DNA of 64,000 nucleotides from assembly GCA_963718895.1 (NCBI GenBank), contig CAVRAG010000004.1, forward strand, positions 96,001 through 160,000, given 5' to 3'. Below, piece by piece: positions 59,769 through 64,000 of this stretch. Below the pieces are notes generated by a model. That model worked only from the letters and a program-made list of their open reading frames with translations. It was not told where the DNA came from and did not search any database. Position 1 is the first letter of the stretch. Each line of letters starts with the position of its first letter. The position numbers and the translations under genes were made by a program. Source of the DNA: an uncultured Nitrososphaerota archaeon (GTDB lineage: Archaea; Thermoproteota; Nitrososphaeria; Nitrososphaerales; Gagatemarchaeaceae).

Positions 59769-60848
59769 ATGGAACAAGAGACGCGCCGGACGATCTTCCA
59801 CGTGGACCTCGACGCCTTCTACGTCTCGGTCGAGGCGAGGGAGAACCCAGCACTTCGGGGGGCAGCGGTCGTCGTCGGAGCCGACCCAGAGCAGGGCAAG
59901 GGCAGGGGCGTTGTGATAACGTGTTCCTATGAGGCCCGGAGGTTCGGTCTGAGGTCCGGTATGCCGATATCCAGGGCATGGAAGCTCTGCCCCTCGGCTG
60001 TCTACCTCAGGCCGAACTTCGCGCTCTACGAGCGCGTCTCCGAGGAGGTAATGGGCACCCTGAAGCAGTTCGGCGAGTTCGAGCAGACGGGCATCGACGA
60101 GGCTTTTCTGGACGTGAGTGGACGGGCCACCAGCCCGGAGGAGGCGGAGCAACTGGCCCTCGTGGTCAAGCGGACGGTCCGCAACGTCCACGGGCTCTCA
60201 TCTTCGATCGGCATCGGTCCGAACAAGTCCTCTGCCAAGATAGCGTCGGACCTTCATAAGCCGGACGGCCTGACGGTGGTCCCGCTGGACTCCCCATCGG
60301 CGTTCCTCGCCCCGCTCCCGGTGTCCGTCATCCCTGGGGTGGGGAAGAAGACCCAAGCGTTCCTCAAGGATCATGGCGTCGAGACGATAGCCCAACTCCA
60401 GGCGGTGCCCGGAAAGCAACTCATGACGTGGTTCGGAAAGACGGGGGTCTGGCTCTGGGGTGTCGCGCACGCCCAGGAGAGGATACCGGTGCGCGCCCGG
60501 GACATGCCCAAGTCCCTCGCCGTCGAGCGGACCTTCAGGGAAGACGTACACGATTTCGGAAGGGTCCACTCCGAGGCCGAAGACGCCGCTCACGAGCTCC
60601 ACGACAGGGTCAAGCAGGCGGGAGTGAGATTCAGGGTGACGGGCATAAAGATCAGGTTCACGCATTTCGAGACGCACACGAGGGAAAGGACGCTCCCGGC
60701 CTATACCGACAGTGAGGGGGTCCTGAAGGAGAACGCGAAGGACCTGCTGGAGGAATTTGCGTCGAGAGGAGAGGGGGTGAGGTTGGTCGGCGTCAGGGTA
60801 TCCGGATTGGAGCGAGACTCCTCGAAGACGGAGACCCTGCTCGCCTAG
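59769..60848 (+). CDS. dinB: Y-family DNA polymerase IV (DinB/Dpo4)
   Basis: HVDLDAFYVSVE, SYEAR.FG, IDEAFLD, AKIASD..KP.G, RLVGV. Confidence 0.95.
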   Translation: MEQETRRTIFHVDLDAFYVSVEARENPALRGAAVVVGADPEQGKGRGVVITCSYEARRFGLRSGMPISRAWKLCPSAVYLRPNFALYERVSEEVMGTLKQFGEFEQTGIDEAFLDVSGRATSPEEAEQLALVVKRTVRNVHGLSSSIGIGPNKSSAKIASDLHKPDGLTVVPLDSPSAFLAPLPVSVIPGVGKKTQAFLKDHGVETIAQLQAVPGKQLMTWFGKTGVWLWGVAHAQERIPVRARDMPKSLAVERTFREDVHDFGRVHSEAEDAAHELHDRVKQAGVRFRVTGIKIRFTHFETHTRERTLPAYTDSEGVLKENAKDLLEEFASRGEGVRLVGVRVSGLERDSSKTETLLA

Positions 60849-61114
60849 GCGCGCGAGCCACACGACATGTTGCAAGCAACTTGGGCAAGGAGGGTGAATG
60901 ATTGACGCTCTGCTATGATGATTCTGTGAGAAGTTGCAAGATAATAGATTGTATTATTGAACAAATCGACAGTTAAGGCCATAATCATTGATGGTTCCTT
61001 CCTCCGTCGTCTGAGGTGCGGGAGACCTGGCGGTGCGACGCCAAATCGATTGAACAGCCCCTCCGGGCGTGTTCTTTTCTGTAGTTCTATTAATCCCGCT
61101 GATACCATGTCAGG

Positions 61115-61795
61115 ATGATTCGCATGATCTCGAAAGCGCTGTTGCTTACGGCGGCCATAGTCATAGTGCTTGGCGCCGCAATCTACATCCCCGCCACGGT
61201 CCAGCCGGGTGCCAGCTCCACCCTGTCGACTGTGACAACGGCCTCCAGCTGCACGACTTCAAACACGTCCGTCTCGACGACGGCTCAGTCGTCGACCACA
61301 TCGACAACCTCCACGACCTCTACCATCATCAGCACCTCAACGTCCTCCAGCGCGATCTCGAACGTGACCTCAGGTCAGTTCAGCTACTCGCCGGGCACGC
61401 CAGTCAGGGTTGAGTCGGTCCAGGCCACCACGGCCAAAGATTCGCACGGAAACACGACTGTCACATTCCAGGTGCTATTCGAGAATGTCGGGAGCGCTCC
61501 GATATACGTGGTGGGCGGCTGCGGAGGAGGACTCTCGGCGTCAATAGTCGGGAACTCATCGGTGCTTCGTCAGGTTCCTGGGGGCCCGTTGTGCGACTGC
61601 GCAGCGATCATCCTAACTCTTAGTGAGGGCCAGAACCACACATCCGTCACGCCGGGCTGCTGGAGCGGTTACGCCTACCATCTCGTGTCCTCTGGGACGG
61701 TGACAATGAACATGACCCTCGAGTGGTCTACGAACGCGCAGAGTCTCTCGGGCACCGACTCCACGTCAATCCAGGCGGAGTTCACTTTCACGTGA
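61115..61795 (+). CDS. membrane-anchored Ser/Thr-rich secreted protein
   Basis: N-terminal TM, long S/T linker, Ig-like domain with Cys (GGCGG, CDC, GCW). Confidence 0.75.
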   Translation: MIRMISKALLLTAAIVIVLGAAIYIPATVQPGASSTLSTVTTASSCTTSNTSVSTTAQSSTTSTTSTTSTIISTSTSSSAISNVTSGQFSYSPGTPVRVESVQATTAKDSHGNTTVTFQVLFENVGSAPIYVVGGCGGGLSASIVGNSSVLRQVPGGPLCDCAAIILTLSEGQNHTSVTPGCWSGYAYHLVSSGTVTMNMTLEWSTNAQSLSGTDSTSIQAEFTFT

Positions 61796-61812
61796 TGAGT
61801 CTTGTGAACGAC

Positions 61813-62049
61813 TTACTTGGTCTTCGCCGGTTTGTGCACAAAACCGTCGAGAATCAGCCGAATGTCCTTGCCTTCCTTCCTCGATTGCTTCGATAGCTCC
61901 GCCCTTCTTCCGGGTGGGAGCTTGTTCCAGTACCTCGCCAGGTCGTCTGCCGTATCGAACACATAGTATTCACCTTGCTTGAACGGGGGCTCGAGTCCCT
62001 TTCCCACTACCGGGGCGACACCGTCATCCACGACCCTGATTGAAGCCAT
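61813..62049 (-). CDS. hypothetical protein
   Basis: 78-aa ORF, TTTTAA about 25 nt upstream. Confidence 0.55.
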   Translation of the reverse strand: MASIRVVDDGVAPVVGKGLEPPFKQGEYYVFDTADDLARYWNKLPPGRRAELSKQSRKEGKDIRLILDGFVHKPAKTK

Positions 62050-62166
62050 GCACTGAGACCCGAGTCCGACCCGTTAAAAGAATTGGCTTCGGGTCTCATC
62101 GAGGATAGAAACGGACCGGCGGTACGGTTCGGCCATGTTTTATAGTGGCATAATTCAGCAAGGACT

Positions 62167-62292
62167 GTGAACAGAGCCGTAGAACGTTGCCCAGTGTGCG
62201 GCGCAACGGGGAAGGTCTACAGAACGCCCCGCGGGTTACGTTGCGAGAGTTGCGTCCGGAAGATGGATTCGTCGGGCCTCGGTTTCACCTAA
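62167..62292 (+). CDS. CPxCG-type zinc-finger micro-protein, 41 aa (not in ORF track)
   Basis: MNRAVERCPVCGATGKVYRTPRGLRCESCVRKMDSSGLGFT*; TTTTATA about 24-30 nt upstream. Confidence 0.6.
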   Translation: MNRAVERCPVCGATGKVYRTPRGLRCESCVRKMDSSGLGFT

Positions 62293-62392
62293 AGCCGTGA
62301 GGATTACCTCCCACCCCTTGGGATTCGTTTAGAGTCCAAGGTGGCTCCCTGCGAGGTCACGCGTGGGTCAGGGAAGGCTATGGCCGGATGTC

Positions 62393-62545
62393 TCAGGTTG
62401 TCTCGGCTTTGGCAGGTTCACCGTTCATGAACCCGGCCTTCGCTCTGACTTCCTTCGGCCTCTGTCGCTTCAACCAACTCTCGAATGAATCTAGAATCTC
62501 TTCATTCCCAGTGCGAGACTTCCGCTTTGCCTTGCTTTTCGGCAT
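62393..62545 (-). CDS. possible 50-aa basic micro-protein
   Basis: MPKSKAKRKSRTGNEEILDSFESWLKRQRPKE...; AT-rich upstream. Confidence 0.3.
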   Translation of the reverse strand: MPKSKAKRKSRTGNEEILDSFESWLKRQRPKEVRAKAGFMNGEPAKAETT

Positions 62546-62651
62546 GAACAGACTGGCTCATGGACGTAATTATCCTTTGCTAAGGTGCGTTGACCATTTG
62601 GGGGTTACCATCAACCCCAAATAGAGTGATTGCACTCTTCTTCCTCCCGCT

Positions 62652-63221
62652 TTGGTATTCGGCTTTCTTGTCGACGTCCCTCTGCTGACTGCAACATTCG
62701 CGCTGATCCTCGTCTTCAGGAGAAACCTCGCCACGATTATGGTCAAGACGGGGCTGCCCCGATTCCTGCTCTTCCTGCTCCTGGCTATCCCACTGATAAT
62801 CTTCGAGGAGCAGATCGATTGCATGCCTGCCTGGTGCGGAAAGGTCGTGATTCCGCCCACCCTTTACTTCCTCGAGTTCGAGGTGTTCATCCTGGGGCTG
62901 CTGGTCATCCTCCTACACTCGAGGAGCGCTCTGAGGGTCGCGCTGGCCTTCAGCATCTACGGAGTCTTCTTTGAGCATCTCCTCGGTGGTCTCAGAGGGC
63001 TTCCTCCATCCTTGGTAGCCCTCTTCCTGGTCCCGTACGTGGCGATGGGCTATGGCTTCGTCTCGCTCCTCCCGTTAGAGGTTCTCCTAGGACGAGAACG
63101 TGAGGGCTTGAGCCTGACAGTAGCCCCGGGGACGAAAGGGGGCGCCGAAGCAAGCGCACTCTTTGCAAGAATTAAAGTAGCAATGAAGTTAGCCGTGAAG
63201 GCTGCAGGTGATTGGTGGTAG
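62652..63221 (+). CDS. membrane protein of unknown function
   Basis: about 5 TM segments; EEQIDCMPAWC loop. Confidence 0.65.
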   Translation: MVFGFLVDVPLLTATFALILVFRRNLATIMVKTGLPRFLLFLLLAIPLIIFEEQIDCMPAWCGKVVIPPTLYFLEFEVFILGLLVILLHSRSALRVALAFSIYGVFFEHLLGGLRGLPPSLVALFLVPYVAMGYGFVSLLPLEVLLGREREGLSLTVAPGTKGGAEASALFARIKVAMKLAVKAAGDWW

Positions 63222-63683
63222 ATGAGCAGCCAAGACGCGCTGGCGCGGATGGAAGCTTTGCTTCAGGAACACGAGAGAAGAATCAAGTCACTCGAGCAGA
63301 AGGTGGGCGGAGGAGAGACTGTCGTCCCGCAGCCTCTCCAGCCTGCACCGCCCGCGCAGCCTGCGCAGTCTGCCCCTCCCGCAGCGAAGGTGCTTTCTAT
63401 CCGTCAGTTCATAGTAGAGAAGAGTCCAACCGATGACGTCCAGAGGTCTCTCGTAATCGGGTACTACCTCGAGAAGCAGTCGGGATTGGCTTCCTTCAAC
63501 GCCAAGGACATCGAGAAGGGTTTCGTGGATTCGAGAGAGAAGGTCCCCGGCAATGTCGCCGACAAGATTCTGAAGAACGTCTGGAAGGGTCACATGATGC
63601 AGGTGAAGGACGACAAAGACGGCCTCAAGGCGTATGTGCTCACGAACACTGGGACCAAGTTCGTCGAGAGCGGGATCAAGTAA
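63222..63683 (+). CDS. hypothetical protein: coiled coil, Pro-rich linker, wHTH-like C-terminal domain
   Basis: GYYLEK...FNAKDI...YVLTNTG.KFV. Confidence 0.75.
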   Translation: MSSQDALARMEALLQEHERRIKSLEQKVGGGETVVPQPLQPAPPAQPAQSAPPAAKVLSIRQFIVEKSPTDDVQRSLVIGYYLEKQSGLASFNAKDIEKGFVDSREKVPGNVADKILKNVWKGHMMQVKDDKDGLKAYVLTNTGTKFVESGIK

Positions 63684-63874
63684 CCCCCAGGAGACTACCC
63701 GGCTGCGTCTCCGCGAAGACTGAAGCCAGACGACTGAGCGGCGGGCATTCGTCGAAGAGTTCAGGCCGCGCCCGAGGAACTCGCCCGTGCGTTTCCTAAT
63801 GTGGACAGATAGTCGCCGGATCCTGGGACTAACAATTTAAGCCAACAAAGAAACCGGGTTCTCGAACTCTTCAG

Positions 63875-64000
63875 ATGAAATTCTGCCCGGAATGCGACGC
63901 CCGCCTCAGGGTCTCAAGGAAGGGGCCGTCTTTCTGCCCCAAGTGCGGCTACACGTCGTCGGGCAAGGACGCGCTCGCTGACTCCTTCCCGTACGGGTCC
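63875..64000 (+). CDS. protein with N-terminal TFS/RpoM-like zinc ribbon, 3'-truncated by the window edge
   Basis: MKFCPECDARL...FCPKCGY; TATA-like TTTAA upstream. Confidence 0.65.
   Translation, partial: MKFCPECDARLRVSRKGPSFCPKCGYTSSGKDALADSFPYGS

Noticed and set aside
61215-61370. Repetitive TCGAC/ACCTC tract as a DNA repeat; similar tracts near 21500 and 23780
   Set aside because: These encode Ser/Thr linkers and have no fixed repeat unit or spacers.
1-64000. CRISPR array, tRNA, rRNA, IS element
   Set aside because: No regularly spaced repeats, cloverleaf or T-loop signature, rRNA-length non-coding block or transposase was seen by eye. tRNAscan-SE and Infernal runs would be decisive.

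Overview
GC-rich (roughly 60% by eye), gene-dense archaeal DNA. Many genes have TATA-like boxes about 25-35 nt before GTG/TTG/ATG starts. Gene content (Lrp/AsnC, Hef helicase, HEPN/MNT, CPxCG micro-proteins, F420-type LLM, many heterotrophy enzymes) suggests a non-ammonia-oxidising Nitrososphaerota-like heterotroph; this is inference. Layout: (1) 1-4.0 kb is the edge of a decayed integrative island with a frameshifted tyrosine integrase, two MNT/HEPN modules and an unusual nuclease-wHTH-MNT fusion; (2) 4-18.7 kb is housekeeping (glnA, Lrp, nth, dUTPase-like, methyltransferase/UbiA-like pair, ACAD, CoxG, Hef, thrBC, NAD kinase-like, YyaL); (3) 18.9-27.2 kb is the most unusual locus: a regulated operon with two uncharacterised membrane-anchored surface proteins, a Tat Rieske protein (CCCH box 2), a cytochrome b with Lys at the fourth haem-ligand position, and a VKOR-like protein lacking its catalytic cysteines, with no c-type cytochrome or cupredoxin in the locus; (4) 27-58.6 kb holds hypotheticals, a prenyl synthase, 2-oxoacid dehydrogenase E1, three ABC exporters, an orphan m4C methyltransferase and many sugar/organic-acid oxidoreductases; (5) 58.9-60.8 kb is a DUF72-dinB operon in which DUF72 ends in a PIP-box-like motif; (6) 61-64 kb holds small accessory ORFs. 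About a dozen genes carry single-base frameshifts, most simply explained as long-read indel errors. No tRNA, rRNA or CRISPR array was recognised. All family calls come from reading motifs, with no database search.
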